The notes beneath the pieces were generated by a model. That model was not told the origin of the DNA. It saw only the letters and a list, made by a program, of their open reading frames with translations, and searched no databases. A DNA stretch of 64,000 nucleotides from Octopus vulgaris (Eukaryota): contig OX597824.1 in assembly GCA_951406725.2 (NCBI GenBank), forward strand, positions 38,068,001-38,132,000, given 5' to 3'. The position numbers were made by a program, and so were the translations under genes. Positions 26,660-40,441 of the stretch are shown in pieces (positions within the stretch are counted from its first letter, which is position 1; the number at the start of each line of letters is the position of its first letter).

Positions 26660-27021
26660 TACATTATTTACATTCGACGGATATTTGTCCTCATCTTGTT
26701 TGTTGCTATTACAACGTTTCAGTTGATATGCCCTCCAGCCTTCTTCAGATGTCCTGGGGAAATTTCAAACCTAGGTTCTCATTTCTAAGGAATTTTTCAA
26801 TGTTGTTATTATTGAATTGAACTCAGGATCTTGGGGTTTGTAGCCCGTGCTCTTAACCACTACGCCATATGCTCGTGGGCAGTTATGGAGTGAATTTTAG
26901 GGCTTATAAATGTAATATTTTATTTTAGGGCTTATAAATCTAATATAAATCTAAAATGAGGACAAATATCTGTCAAATGTAAATAATGTACATAATTCCT
27001 CATCTCTTAAATATAGAACTG
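26660..27021 (-). mobile_element. Composite SINE-like element: tRNA-derived Pol III head, hammerhead-like motif, inverted copy of its own 3' end
   Basis: - strand A box at 26857-26867, B box at 26814-26824, and CTGAAGA-AGGCTG...CAACT-GAAACGTT at 26748-26713. A 35-bp inverted repeat (26660-26694 / 26956-26990) has a 31-nt extension on the right. Confidence 0.7.
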
Positions 27022-28154
27022 GAATATTGACTTAGTTGAATGGTCTTCATTCGCTATCGGGTTCAGAAATCTCCAACTATAGCATTTGATATGGCTTACA
27101 TAATGACACCAGCCATCAAAGTTTATTCCGTATTGAGCAACAATAATAGGGATAAGTGGAATGTGTCTCTAAATTTCCTCTTTAGTCTTAATATTGTATT
27201 TTATGTTTTGTACCTTTATATTCTAATAGATATTTCAGTCTGAAGCCATTGAAATCATTAATAAATAACTATACCTTGTTTAAAAGTATTTAGTTGAGTT
27301 TGCCTGCGTCTGTGTGTGTGTATGTATGTATGTGTGTGTGTTCCACAGCATCAATTCTATTGCACTTAAGACCCTATATTTTCTGTTATTTTAGTCACCT
27401 GTATTTCGTACCTTGCTCATTGTTTTTACTCAAAGATGTTCGCTGTTCCTTCTGTTGTTTTCCCCTGTGGCTACATTAAAAACCAGAATTAGTAACTTTG
27501 TAAATTCATATTTTGTACCAGTTTTGAAACCTGTTCTTTTCCCCTTTTCTTCTTTATAATATTTCTGTTAAAATGTTTTGTCAATTACTAGTGTAATACA
27601 AAGTTGATAAATTATTTTATTAGTTATTCTTTTTTTATTTTTCAAAACTTGTTTAATAATTTTAAAATATATAATAAAGAAACTTAACCACAAAATAATT
27701 TAGTTTTGCTTTATTTCTGCCGTAAATTTCCCCTGCAAAAAGTTAATTTTAAAGAAACTTAACTAATAAATAAAATGCAGTAAAACAGCAATTCAAATTT
27801 TTTTGTAATAAATTTCAACAAAGTGATTTTGATAAAAATCATAATTTATAACAGTTTTGCTTCCAAATTGTAGAGACTAGCTTATTTTTATGCATTATAC
27901 ACAAAATTAAGATAGCTACAATCTTTTTGATTAATTTTTCTCTTATATTAATGTTAGTTTTAAAGTATAATTTTAGATTCTCTTAAAACTACTTAAGGGA
28001 TTTAAATAATTTTAATTTAAATGTTGTAGGATTCTATTCTAAAAGAAAGAAAAACTACTTGTTTATGAAAATGTCTAGGGCATTTCCAACAGCTTACTGA
28101 TGGTGGTTAAACACACATTTTAATCCATCATAAAACCATCACTTTTACCCACAG

Positions 28155-28316
28155 TGCTTCATGTCTTTCATCAAACCGTTTACCAGCCTGTCCATCAAGG
28201 AAACTGAAGAATAAGACAACAGAACAAAAATATTGTGCGGGGTCACCAACTAGAGCTGAAAAGGCTAAACCACCTCCGCAAACTCTTTCAGACTTCAAGA
28301 AATGGTTCCAGCCAAG
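28155..28316 (+). CDS. Candidate 162-nt phase-2/2 exon (ASCLSSNRLPACPSRKLKNKTTEQKYCAGSPTRAEKAKPPPQTLSDFKKWFQP-R)
   Basis: Acceptor ACTTTTACCCACAG, 53 open codons, donor AAG|GTGTTT. It is a GC-richer island in very AT-rich unique flanks. Confidence 0.7.
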
Positions 28317-29569
28317 GTGTTTATGATTTTCTAAGACAGGAAAAGAATTTTTCTCTGTCTCCATTTAAAAAAAATAAAAATTGATCACATATTCAAAGAA
28401 CTGCACATTTGCCAACAAAATATAGTTTTTTTTCACTAGTTGCAAGTAGCACAACTTTGTTCATATGTGTATCACGGATTCACAGACAGTCTTGTTTAGT
28501 TAACAAAGCTGTTAATAGAAAGTAATTTTATCAGCTTTCCTTGCAAGCATATTCATCTCACATTTTTGCTTTATCGAAATACATTTGCTTTAACAAATAT
28601 TGGAGTTTGTTTTAATGTTGTGATAAAAGAACACTTTCATAATTCTTTGTTATTTGTTCACAAAGGATGAGGCTCTGATTAACTATCTTAGTAAAACTAC
28701 ATAAAATTAAGAATCTTTGCTACTGTTTTTTTTCTCTATATTCTTAAAACTAAATTCCTTGACATTTTTATTCTTGTTTGGATTAGCAAAAGTATATGGT
28801 TATGACTGCATATAAAAATCAATCTACTTCAAGTAAAAGTTTAGAATTAAACATATAGATTTATTTAGTTAAATAACTGTAAACAGTTTATATTTGATGT
28901 TTAGTCACTAAAAGCTAGCACCTCACACCATCTTGTTTCTTTTTTGTTTCTTTTTGTTTTTTGTTCTTTTTTTGTTTCATGTTTCCTTTCATTTCCATCA
29001 ATGATCTCCTAAATAAGTAAACCCTTTTTAATTCTTAAAAAAAATTTTTTTTTTAATGTATGTCAGTATCTTATTAAAGTAACTTGTTAATATACTTTCA
29101 TATAATTCATACTTAAAGAATTATTTGTCCAATTATTATTTTTAAAAAAATAGTGATGGTGGGAATGTTCTTTTACTTTCTGTTACCAAAAGTTTGAATT
29201 GGTTTTCTGGGCAGCTTAATCATATTATGGATTACTTCATCATAATATTAATAGTTGTCCATACATCGAAATGTATTAATTATATTATTTAGAATTTTTA
29301 GATATTAAAAGCAACTTATAATTATCTAATTTTATATTATTATTAGAAATATTAATTATAATGAACTGTTTTATTTTAAATAATATTTTAAATTAATTCA
29401 AATTTTAATTTATTTTAAATTCATTCAAATTTTTATTCATGCCAGTTTTTTTATGATTTTTACTTGATATATTTACATTTTTAATATAATTTGTTAAATA
29501 AATTTACATTGACTGTCTATTCTTATTTCACATTCATGCAGTATCATCTAGAGATGATTGTAGCACATT

Positions 29570-29880
29570 GATTGAAAGAATTAACTTTCACTGATAATTG
29601 TTCAATCCTGCCAGATCACACATTTACTGTGTAAACTAACAGAGCTCTCTCTGATACACACTTTATCATCTCTGGTGTGCTCCAAGGTTCAGTTTTGCCT
29701 GCCTCACTCTTCTTTATACACAACAGCAAATTATTAGCCTTTATTGCAGCTGCACCTATGCAGATGATACCACAATTATTTTACCCCTAACCTCCTGCAC
29801 ACCCAGAGTAGCTATATGCATTTTAGTCTTGACATCGAACCTATGCTAACACCATGAAAAGAGACCTCAGAAATTGTCTA
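29570..29880 (+). mobile_element. CR1/L2/Jockey-like LINE RT relic
   Basis: SGVLQGSVL at 29671 and YADDT (TATGCAGATGATACC) at 29757-29771, frameshifted relative to each other. Confidence 0.7.
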
Positions 29881-29882
29881 TA

Positions 29883-30767
29883 CAGGTTGAGTCAAAAAAG
29901 TTTTTGTTTTTCAAGTTTTAATTAATAGTTCAAATAAATAATCCATGGTTTGGAAAAGGTAATTATCTGATGGTGCAAGGTCAGGACAGTAGGCAGTGTA
30001 AGGCAGCACTTCCAGCCCCTCAAGTTCCTCAAGTTTGCACTTGGCCACTTTGGTAGTGTGTGCTGGAGCTTTGTCATGCTGTAGGAGCACACACCTTCAA
30101 TTGACCTATACATATAGCAGTTGTTGAGCATAAAAGTTAGTGTCCACAGCATGACCATTTGGGATATGGTCGAAGTGTACAACACTCCCTTGAAATTGCA
30201 CCAAACACATATGACTTTCTCTTCAAACCGCCTTTGTTTCACAACGAGTTCTGAAGCCCTGAATGAAGGTACTGATTCCTCTTATTAGGATTGCAAAAAT
30301 AGAACCATTTTTCATCCTCAATTTCAATTTGACACCAAAAGCAGGCATCTCAAGAGTTTGTTAGGAATGAAAATGTTGATTGATTATGCTTTGTGAAGGA
30401 CCATGTTCTGCCAACAATGTATGAGTGCTTATGCTGGGATGTCTGAACCAGTTTTGTTCTACACATTTGCTGACAGTTCCTTGGCCTTCCACACTTAATT
30501 TTTTTTTGTCACTGGCCTTGCACTCATTCCTTTTTTCCATGTAGCATCAAATGTCTCTAGTAGCATTTTTCACCACTCATTATCAAAGCTGTAAAATAGA
30601 AAATAATTAATGATTATTATATCATAGATGGAAATAAAGAATAAACAAGTTAGCAACAATTGGACAAAAAGTTGTATAAAATTACTGATATTACATGGAC
30701 TTTACATTAATAATTTCAAGTTGCCAAAAATCACTATTGAAAATCTGAAAACATTTTACTCAGTCTG
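29883..30767 (-). mobile_element. Decayed mariner element
   Basis: Imperfect TIRs CAGGTTGAGTCAAAAAAGTTTT / AAAACATTTTACTCAGTCTG. A frameshifted YCPDLAPSDNYLF motif is on the - strand at ~29955-29995. Confidence 0.75.
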
Positions 30768-32229
30768 ATATATACGTGTGTGTGTGTGTATATATATATA
30801 TATACATACATATACATTGAGATATATATATGCACAAACATATACACACAGATACATATGTGCATGTTTATCTCCTTATCTTGACTGCGCAATATTTGTA
30901 AACAAATATCACCATATTATACAAGTGACATCAATCATTTCCAACCTCCTATGGAAACATATCCAGTGATAGGAAAATATTATCTTGCTTGGAAACAGGT
31001 GAGAGTTGGTGAAAGGAAGAGCATCCAGCCATAGAAAATCTTGACAAAAGATACTGCACATATTTCTGCTGCCTCATACATAAACATTTATAGATTCTTA
31101 TGAACAATCACATTCATTTCCAAAATCCTTCACTGTCACCCTAAGTAATATCACTCTTTTTTTTTGGCTATAATTTTTATTAAAAAATTTTTTTTTGCAT
31201 GAAAATGCAATTAACAAGTGATACTTATTGTAAAGTAGCTTTAAATTACATTCAATCAGTTTTTCTTGTTATTATTTCCCTTCACTCTTTGTCCTTCTGC
31301 CTCTATTCTGTGAACATGCCCCCCACCACTCCATAAGATGCACCTCATGGAGCATGCACAGATTATTTCTTATTGTTCTTTCATTTTCAAAAGTTAATTT
31401 CTTTTCTTTGATGTTCTACTGCCGTCTTACCATTTGTAGCTTCTTATCAAATTATTCCCTATCATGTGTTGATAACCTTGGAGCTATCATAGCTTCTAGG
31501 CTATTTCAGTTTCTCTCCACAATGTCGTTTACTATCTTCTTGTTGTGCAGTCCACTCACATAACTCTGTTCACTCCAAAAAATAGATTTAATATTTTGAA
31601 GATGGATAAAGACATATCTTCATCTAGTGCTTTATCAGCTCTGCTAAAATATTTCTCTTTCCTTTTATGTTTTTGCGGATTTTAAAATTCTACACCATCA
31701 AAATTCATGTCCGCTGTTAATAGGTAGAATACTGATGAACATTAAGAACCATCGTTGACTAAATAAATTGTCAGCAAGTCATTCTGTAATGGATGTGAGC
31801 CTATTTTGATAACACATATTTTACCCTACAATGCCTAAAGGATCCCTAATGGAGAAAATAATTATTTATTGATCTTTTTCAGCATATTTAAGGGTAAGAC
31901 ATATGTTTAATGTAAAAATATTAAATTTTTTAGAATGTGTGTGTGTGTGTGTGTGTTGCTATGGCACTCAGTTTGAGTGCACAGTTCCTTATGACAGAAA
32001 TAACTAAGCTGATAAAAGTGATCAGAGACACCTGTTATTTAATAAATCCTTATTAATTGATATTATAATCTGTACTGGTTTCTCCGTTCATATCAGAGTC
32101 TGGAGAAAAAACATCAGATAATCGACATTCACAACTTCCTGTTACTGGACATACTACATACTCTGAAGTATGAGTACATTGAGTTCTAATGACTAGTTAT
32201 TGGTACTGCTATTACTAAGTGGAATTGTA

Positions 32230-32530
32230 TTGTTTGTGCGTGTGTGTGTGTGTGCATATTTGTGTGTGTGCATATTTGTGTGTGTATATGTATAGTTGTG
32301 TGTGTATATGTGTATTTGTGTGTGTATTTATATATTTGTGTGTATGTGTATATATATATATGTATATTTGTGTGTGTATATATGTTTGTATATTTGTGTG
32401 TGTATATATGTTTGTATATTTGTGTGAGTGTGTATGTATGTATGTATACTTGTGCGTGTGCATATATATATGTATACTTGTGTGTGCGTATATATATATA
32501 TACTTGTGTGTGTGTGCGTATATATATACT

Positions 32531-32567
<37 letters not shown>

Positions 32568-32573
32568 GTATAC

Positions 32574-32607
<34 letters not shown>

Positions 32608-32965
32608 TTTATATATAAAGATATATATATATATATATATGTATATTTGTGTGTGAGTATATATATATATAATGTATGTGAAGAATTTTAATTCTAGATG
32701 ATGAAATGAACAGGCTTTATTCCAACTCACTAATGTTCTGGTGCATCAGTAAAAGAAGTCTTACTGTATTTGGTAGCCAATACTAGTATAGGAGCTTTGG
32801 AAAGCACATAAGACTATTACTCAAATAATATTAAATATGCTGTGTGTATATGTACTTATGTGTGTGTATGTATGTATGTATACTGTGCATGTGTATTTGT
32901 GATTACATGTGTATATATTTGTGTATGTGTGTGTATATATATATGTGTGTGTGTGTATATATATA

Positions 32966-33058
<93 letters not shown>
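32230..33058. repeat. Two compound (TG)/(TA) microsatellite fields, 32230-32670 and 32842-33058
   Basis: Visible directly. They are the source of the spurious Y/I/C/V/H/T-rich ORFs. Confidence 0.95.
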
Positions 33059-33063
<5 letters not shown>

Positions 33064-34030
33064 TGTGTGTATACATCATCATTTTAATGTCTACTTTTCC
33101 ATGCTTACATGGCTCAGATAGAATTGGCTGTGGTAGATTTTCTGTGATTAGATGCCCTTTCTTTTGCTGACCCTCATCTCCTCCCAAATAGGCTAATATA
33201 TTTCCATGGCCAGACTTGCTTCAGGAAAGATTGACAAGGAAAGGCAACTCGTGTATGTTGCTGATGTTCATTTTACAACTATCATGTAATGCTGAGACTA
33301 GGAGACCTGCCCCAATACACACTGGACTTTTCTCATTTTATATTTCCACAAGTCCAACCAGGAGGTGCTGTCCAGCCCTGGGCCATAGTAGAAGACACTT
33401 GTCCAAGATGTGAACTGTCAGACTGTGTACTACATTGATACTTATTGGAGATTACAATGCTAGAATAAATAGAAATATAAACGGAGCAGAATCAGGCATT
33501 GACCCACATGGGTCTTCCTTGACACAAACAAAATGATGGAGATACTTCTTTCTCTGAGCAGCTAGTTTATATATCTTGCATATAGTGTATACATAGAAAC
33601 TTAAACAGCAGAATGATACAAACATATTGTGCAAGTCTTTTGTGGGTTTTAGCTTTTTTTAAACACAGGTATCATCGGGTAGTCTGTATAGAGAAGGTTG
33701 TTTTTAGTAGAGGTGTGGGTTATTTCCTATTTAGTCACGGTTTTTAGAATTTTTATAAAGTATTCTTCCTTAGCCTTTCATTGATCATGAACACAAAACA
33801 CCCAGTACACAGTTGGTGTTAGGAAGAACATCCAGCTGCAGAAACCATGCCAAAGCAGACAGTGGAATTCAGTGCCACCCTCTACCTTGTCAGTTCATGT
33901 TGAACCATGTAACTAATGCCATCATAGAAAGAGAGACATTAAATAATGATACACACATACACACACTATATATGTGTGTGTACATGTTTATATATATGCG
34001 TATGTGTATGATGTGTATGTATGTTTATAT

Positions 34031-34640
34031 AAATGTCTAGATATATGTATATTTATGTCTAGAGGTATGCATATTTATGTTTATATGTCTAGAGGTATGC
34101 ATATGTATGTTTATATGTCTAGAGGCATGCGTTTGTATGTTTATTTTTCTAGAGGTATGTGTATGTACGTTTATTTGTCTAGAGTTATGTGTATGTATGT
34201 TTATTTGTCTAGAGTTATGTTTATGTCTAGGTGTATGCGTGATTTTATGTCTAGGTGTATGCATGTGTTTATGTCTAGGTGTATGCATGTGTATGTTTGT
34301 TTAAGTGTCTAGAGGTATGCATGTGTATGTCTTGTATAAGTGTATAAAGGTATGCGTGTGTATGTTTTGTATAAGCGTATAAAGGTATGCATGTGTGTTT
34401 GTATAAGTATATAAGTGTCTAGAGGTGTGCGTATGTATGTTTGTAGAAGTGTCTGGAGGTATATGTAGGTATGTTTGTAGAAGTGTCTAGAGGTATGCAT
34501 GTGTATGCCTGTGTAAGTGTCTATGCATATGTCTGTCTATGCGTATGCCTGTATACGTGTCTAGGCATATGTCTGTCTATGTGTATGCCTGTATAGGTGT
34601 CCAGGCATATGCCTGTATAAGGGTCTAGGCGTATGCCTGT
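34031..34640. repeat. Minisatellite, ~20-30-nt units built around GTCTAG(A)GGTATGC
   Basis: TCTAGA recurs every 30 nt at the start (34059, 34089, 34119, 34149, 34179, 34209), and unit type then drifts along the array. Confidence 0.9.
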
Positions 34641-35871
34641 ATAAATATATAGATGAATATGTATATATGTATTTCATCAACAATTCACCAACAGCTGCTT
34701 GCATGAAATGTTTCACAAACAATCTTCAGATTCAGAGCCAATCTGAAGTTTCCAATTTTATTTTCTGCTCAAAAATCATATTTGATATATAAAGAATTAT
34801 TCACAATAAGTTTTCTACTAGTTTATTGAGTAGATAATCTTAGTAGTCAATTACAAATTTTCTTTTGCTTGTAATGTTGTTAAAATGTATATTGACTAAC
34901 TTTCACCAACAGCAGTCCAACATTATTTAACAAATCCAGTGATTCTGAAAGTTTGGCACCTTGGCAACTTCAGACTGCAACATCCCTTCCTGTATTAAAT
35001 GGACCTCGAACTTTATCTGATTTTAGTACCTGGTTCCAATTAAGGTGCTTAAATTTTTGTATATATGTTTTAAAATGATTTTCTTTTGATTTATTTAGCA
35101 TGTAAAATGATTTATAATGCTTGAAAGTATTCTCCTTGGTTGTATATTTGAACATATATTAAATTCCTTTCTCAAGTACTTGTGTAATTCTTGCTGGGGT
35201 GGGCCAAGTAGATATAGTACCAGAGTTATATGACTTGTGTTGGCAGTTCAGCTTTCATTTAACTCATGAATAAGGTTCACATATAATGTAAAAAGGGGGG
35301 GGGGAGGATTTATACAAGTTCATTATTTTCTTGAATTCATTCAGTGAATACTTTTCATCCAAAGATGCTAAATATTTCTGTGGAGAACTAGTCTGCTGCT
35401 TAAATAACTATTTTTTCCTTGACCATCAGACATAATCCTTCTCTGCTGTTTTTAATCTTGTACTAATCAAACTTGATATTGAGGTATTGTAGTAATAAGT
35501 ACCAATTTCCCACTATATTTGGTTGTGTCTGAGAGTGTTAAAACATTGAGAACCTCCTTTCATTCACTCTTAACTTCATTCTCTTTTCCATCTTGCAGCA
35601 TCCTCAAAATTAAACTTACTTAATAGGTACCTTAAGTTTGTAAATCTCTCAGCCATCTGGCTGAGAGAATTTTCAAAACAGATTCATGTAATTTCAGTCT
35701 TTATTAGAGTCCCTTCAAGTGTCAGAGACTCGTATCTCATTATTCAATTCAATTTCTCTTCTATGTCCACAGCTTAGGCACTTAATTACCAATAGCCCTT
35801 TACACTTGGTTTCAAATACTTCCTCAGTGAAATTACAGTTACTACAGTATGCTGCAGGGTGGATGGTTATA

Positions 35872-36837
35872 GGCATAACTACAGATTCCTGTCCCCACCC
35901 GACTTTGGATGATCATAACTTTCAGAAAAATGGATATTTTTTAGTGAAATTTTCTACGAATATGTGTTATATCATGCAGATTTCAGATATACAAATCTTT
36001 TCGGGGAAAGTATTTTAGGAGGGGGTGGGGAATTTTGGAAAATTGACCGGTGTCCACTTCAATTCGTTTTAACTTTCAGATATTTTTTTTACAAAATTTT
36101 CTACAAATATACCTCGGACTACGTCGATTCCGAGAACATAGGAATTTTGGGGGAAAACAATTGTGGGTTACTTTTGAGGACCATTTCCAACTCGGAGGTG
36201 TTTTGGAACAACTCCATATTTGTTTCATTTTCTCTGTTTTGTGCGTTTGTGCATCCGTAGATTTCTAGTCTCCCGACCACCACATATATATGTAATTAAA
36301 AAAAGTTCAAATGGGGAATTATTCTATTCAATGTCTTTGTTAGAAACGTTTAGACCTTTAGCTGGTTTTTTTAGCATAACGAGTTTTCCGGTGACTAAGT
36401 TTCTGCTGACAGCTTCATTGCCTGCGGCTTCAGGAGAAATCTACGGATACACAAAATGGAGAAAATGAAACAAACGACTTGTTTTGAAATACCCCTGAGT
36501 GGGGAATGGTCCTCGAAAATAACCCCTAATTGTTTTCCCCCCAAATTCATATGTTCTCGGAATCTACATAGTCCGAGGTATATTTGTAGAAAATTTCATT
36601 AAAAAAATGTTTTCTTGAAAGTTAAGACGATTTGAAGTGGATGCCAGTGAATGTTATGAAATTCACCACCCCACCCCACCCCCTCATAAAACATTTTCCC
36701 CCAAAAGTTTTGTATATTCGGAATCTACATGATATAACACATATTTGTAGAAAATTTCATTAAAAAAAATATCCATTTTTCTGAAAGTTATGATCATCCA
36801 AAGTCAGGGGTGGAGGAAAAGAATCTGTAGTTATGCC
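35872..36837. mobile_element. Foldback-like non-autonomous DNA transposon with ~390-bp TIRs, Merlin-like termini
   Basis: GGCATAACTACAG...CTGTAGTTATGCC with an 8-bp TSD TGGTTATA (35864-35871, 36838-36845). Each arm contains an internal sub-repeat. Confidence 0.85.
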
Positions 36838-39800
36838 TGGTTATATTTGTCAGGTGTTTCATTAGTTTGGTTTTGAGTACAAATTGTTCCATGTTGATAG
36901 TGTCCTGTCTGCAAGAGATATCTGTGATGAACCCTGAGTGACTGTCATATTCAGTTGATCATCAGAGAATAATAAATTGAAAACTAATGATTAGCTGCTT
37001 ACTTAATTTTAAATCAAATCTTTCTAAAAAGTTATGGACCTTGATTCCTCAGTGCAACCTCTACAATGCAAGAGACACAACTGACCTCATTATTTGTGGT
37101 ATAATTATATTAGAGTGGTTGTTGTATGGCACTAGATGAGAAAACCTCTTTAATCATCCAACTCTTTTTGCTTCAGCTGACCTATTAACTTTGTGCTAGT
37201 GTATAAACTTTGAAGCACCATTGCGTTACATTTAAGGTTTCTATTTTCAATTTAGGTGATGACATTTCAGCATTATATTCAGTGACTTTCTAACAATCTT
37301 TTTCATTAAGTAATGTCATATGAATGTTTTCTTTTCTCTGTCTGTCTGTCTGTCTGTCTCTCACTTTCGCATGTATCATTGTCCTAGTACGAGTACATAT
37401 CAATGCACTCAAGCACCAACATGCATATTCATAGATAGCTACCATGTCAGCACCTACCCTCTCACATGCACATTTGCACACACACACAGAATGCACTTCA
37501 TATTTATGAACAAAACAAAACATGATGAAAACCAAGACACAAAACAGTACACCATCATATTTCCATAGAAATGTGCCAGACATAGGCCATTCAATAAAAT
37601 TTCCTTCCACCCCAATTACAGATGCACAGTAGCCAAGGAAGTGACTTCATGTAAATATCAGGTGACCTAAACCCAAACTGTTCCTCATCTGCAATTGCAG
37701 CACCCAAAAAGACCCTGGAAATGATGGGTTGTCAGTTGGTCTTGTGTTCACGCTACAAATGTAACAGTCCAGAGGTTCAGATCAAACCACACGATTTAGG
37801 AGGTCACATAATTACAGCATTCTTTTGTACCTGGTGTTTTGTGCACTTCATATCTTTTTTAGTTAACTTCAAGTCAAGCTGCTCAGTAACAGCCTTCTAC
37901 AACCTGCTGTTTGTTATTGATCATGTCCTGGAAAATAGATATCCTTTAAAAAACAACAACAAAAAAACAAAGCAATACTAACTAAACTGAATCTAAAATA
38001 TCAATAAAACCTAAAAGTTTATCTTGATTTGTACAAAAATTATCTATTCTCTTGGGCTGTAAAATGTATATTATATGATTTCATTGTCATGAGATTGGCA
38101 GTAAATTTTTAATAATATGGAAGTTTCCCTTATCAAACACTTATATGCATATATCTGTGAAGTTTGTAGTGATGACTAGTCTGGTTTTCAATGACTGTAT
38201 TGTTTTATATTTGAGAATATTATAAAGTTGTTAAAAATACATGAGTGAGTGATAAATGGTAGTTAAGTCAAGTGCTAGCAAAGAAAATGTGGCACAGCAT
38301 TATAACAAGCAAAAAGGGAGTTATCATGATGGGCCACGAGAAGAAAAATCTTAAATATTTCAAGTGACAATGGATTCTTCTTGATGTTATTTTAGTTTTC
38401 TGGAACTCTGGTATTTATGTATTGTTACTCAAAACTTTAGCACACAAAATCAAATGATGTAAGAATGACATTGGAAAGTAAAGTGAACACTTATTAATGT
38501 ATATTGACAATTACTGACGTTTGGATAATGATGATAATAATGATAAAATTTAGATGAATTACAAATGAAACTTTCTGCTTAATTTTGCTCAGAAGTACCT
38601 ACTATAGCATTCATGTTTGTAACTTTGCAAGATTTAGACTTGCTGTGTCATATGGTTGGTAATTTTTTAATAGGGTTAGCAGTATGATGTTTGAACTTAG
38701 GCTGCAGAGGAATTTTATTATGAGACATCATTTTAAAGTTGAACAAATACCAGACTTTCTGTAGTAGTGACAAACATGATCTTTACTAAATGATGACTAG
38801 TTAGCCCGGTATAAATAGCCAGATGATAAAAGATAGGGGTGCTGAACAAGCTGTGCTTATGGTCAAAAATTACCAAAAACTATGGGACCAGTCTAAGTAT
38901 TCATGGAATAACTTCGTAAGAATTACTAAGTTGCTTGCCTAAGATGCAGACTTTCTGGTTGAGATATCTGTTTTAAAAAGTGGTCAATTGGTTTCATTTG
39001 GACTAGCATGAAAATGAAAACTGTTAGAAGTTGGAAACAGTCTAAAATCTAAGCCCAGAGAGAAGTGGATTTGATTAATGCGACAATTAAATTTATATTT
39101 GTCTTAATAATACAATCCAAAAAATAAAGATCTTAGAAAAGTGATAAACCTTGAATAAACATAAGTTTTAAATTGTCACAATCATTAGTTTTTAGAATCT
39201 GACCAAACAATTAATGTTTAGATATGTTAATCCATATTGGTCACATTGGCATGTTCTAATGACTTTAAACAATGTTTGGCAATGATACACACACACACAC
39301 ACACACTATGCCAGCACTTTCTTTATGCTACCAGATACCCTCTCCTTTCAGAACTACTTCCATTCCTTATCTCTGGTATCTTCTCTTCCCCATTCACACT
39401 ATTTCTACTGACCACCACTCTTTCAGTGCCTTCAGCTGTTTCTCTCCTCTACCATACTCCATTTTAACACCTCAGATATGTACTCTTTCTCAGAACTCCC
39501 TCATATCTGCCATCTCATCCCACTCTTATATACTCCTAGGTCTCCTTCCTCACCACTCTACACCTTGCACGGCATCTCCCCTGCTCCTACCTCTTGATAT
39601 GTCCTTCCTGAGTCACTTCTATCTCTCTCACTTTTCACTTCTCCATACTAGTATTTCCCATCCACTTCATTTCCACCCTTGTTTATCACATTCACTTCAA
39701 CCTCCATCTCTAACCATTTGTTGTTACTCTTCCCTCAGACTCTTATAAAAGTATCCAGTCTCTTCTCTTTCATTACCCACTGTCTCTATCTCAACTACTG

Positions 39801-40300
39801 CTTTACTATAATATTTTATAGGATTTTATTTCTAATTCCTCTGTGATGGCATTGAATAAGTTCAGTCACTGAATCATGTCATCTCAAGACTCATTAAATT
39901 GCATTACATTTCTTTAAACCCAAGGAATAGATTCTATTTAATTTCTGAAAGCCTCTACAATATCACCATTGCTAAAATTTCTAATCCTTTTATTGCTAGA
40001 ATATGAAGTTTGCTTAAATCTAGATTATTGTGAGGTATAGGTTCTCCTTAACCACATTTTTCTGTTAAAATAAAACCAACTTCTTTGTGAAGAATATCAA
40101 TCAAGAATTAAATTTTTAATCTTTAACAATTACAAATTCCTAACTTCTTGTTATTGCATTCTTTGTTGCTTTCTGTCCATCTATAAACAAACCCTTATTT
40201 CTTCTATAACTTCTCAGTCTGAAACTTTTCTTCGTTGTTCTGTTTATTCATAAAACCAATTCCATGTGCATGTCTTCTGAAATGATGGTTCTCACTACAG

Positions 40301-40441
40301 AAATGCGTTCTCCAGAGAACAATCTTCCTCCACCCAAAACAGTCTAAAGTCCTATGCTTCTGACTCACATCTGAATGCTTCAACTAAGCTGGAATACATG
40401 GTTATAAAGTCCTTATGCAAACATTCTGCAGCTTTTAACAA
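40301..40441 (+). CDS. Candidate 141-nt phase-2/2 exon (NAFSREQSSSTQNSLKSYASDSHLNASTKLEYMVIKSLCKHSAAFN-K/N)
   Basis: Acceptor TTCTCACTACAG, 46 open codons, donor CAA|GTAGGT, TGCATG ~30 nt upstream. Confidence 0.6.

Noticed and set aside
28128-28364. 78-aa - strand ORF METEKNSF...
   Set aside because: It is better explained as the antisense shadow of the + strand exon 28155-28316.
32215-33187. Longest ORFs in the track (up to 171 aa), rich in Y/I/H/T/C/V
   Set aside because: They are translations of (TA)/(TG) microsatellites that happen to lack stops. The same applies at 540-783, 16088-16538 and 33974-34500.
34031-34640. Regularly spaced repeat resembling a CRISPR array
   Set aside because: There are no unique spacers and no cas genes, and the context is eukaryotic.
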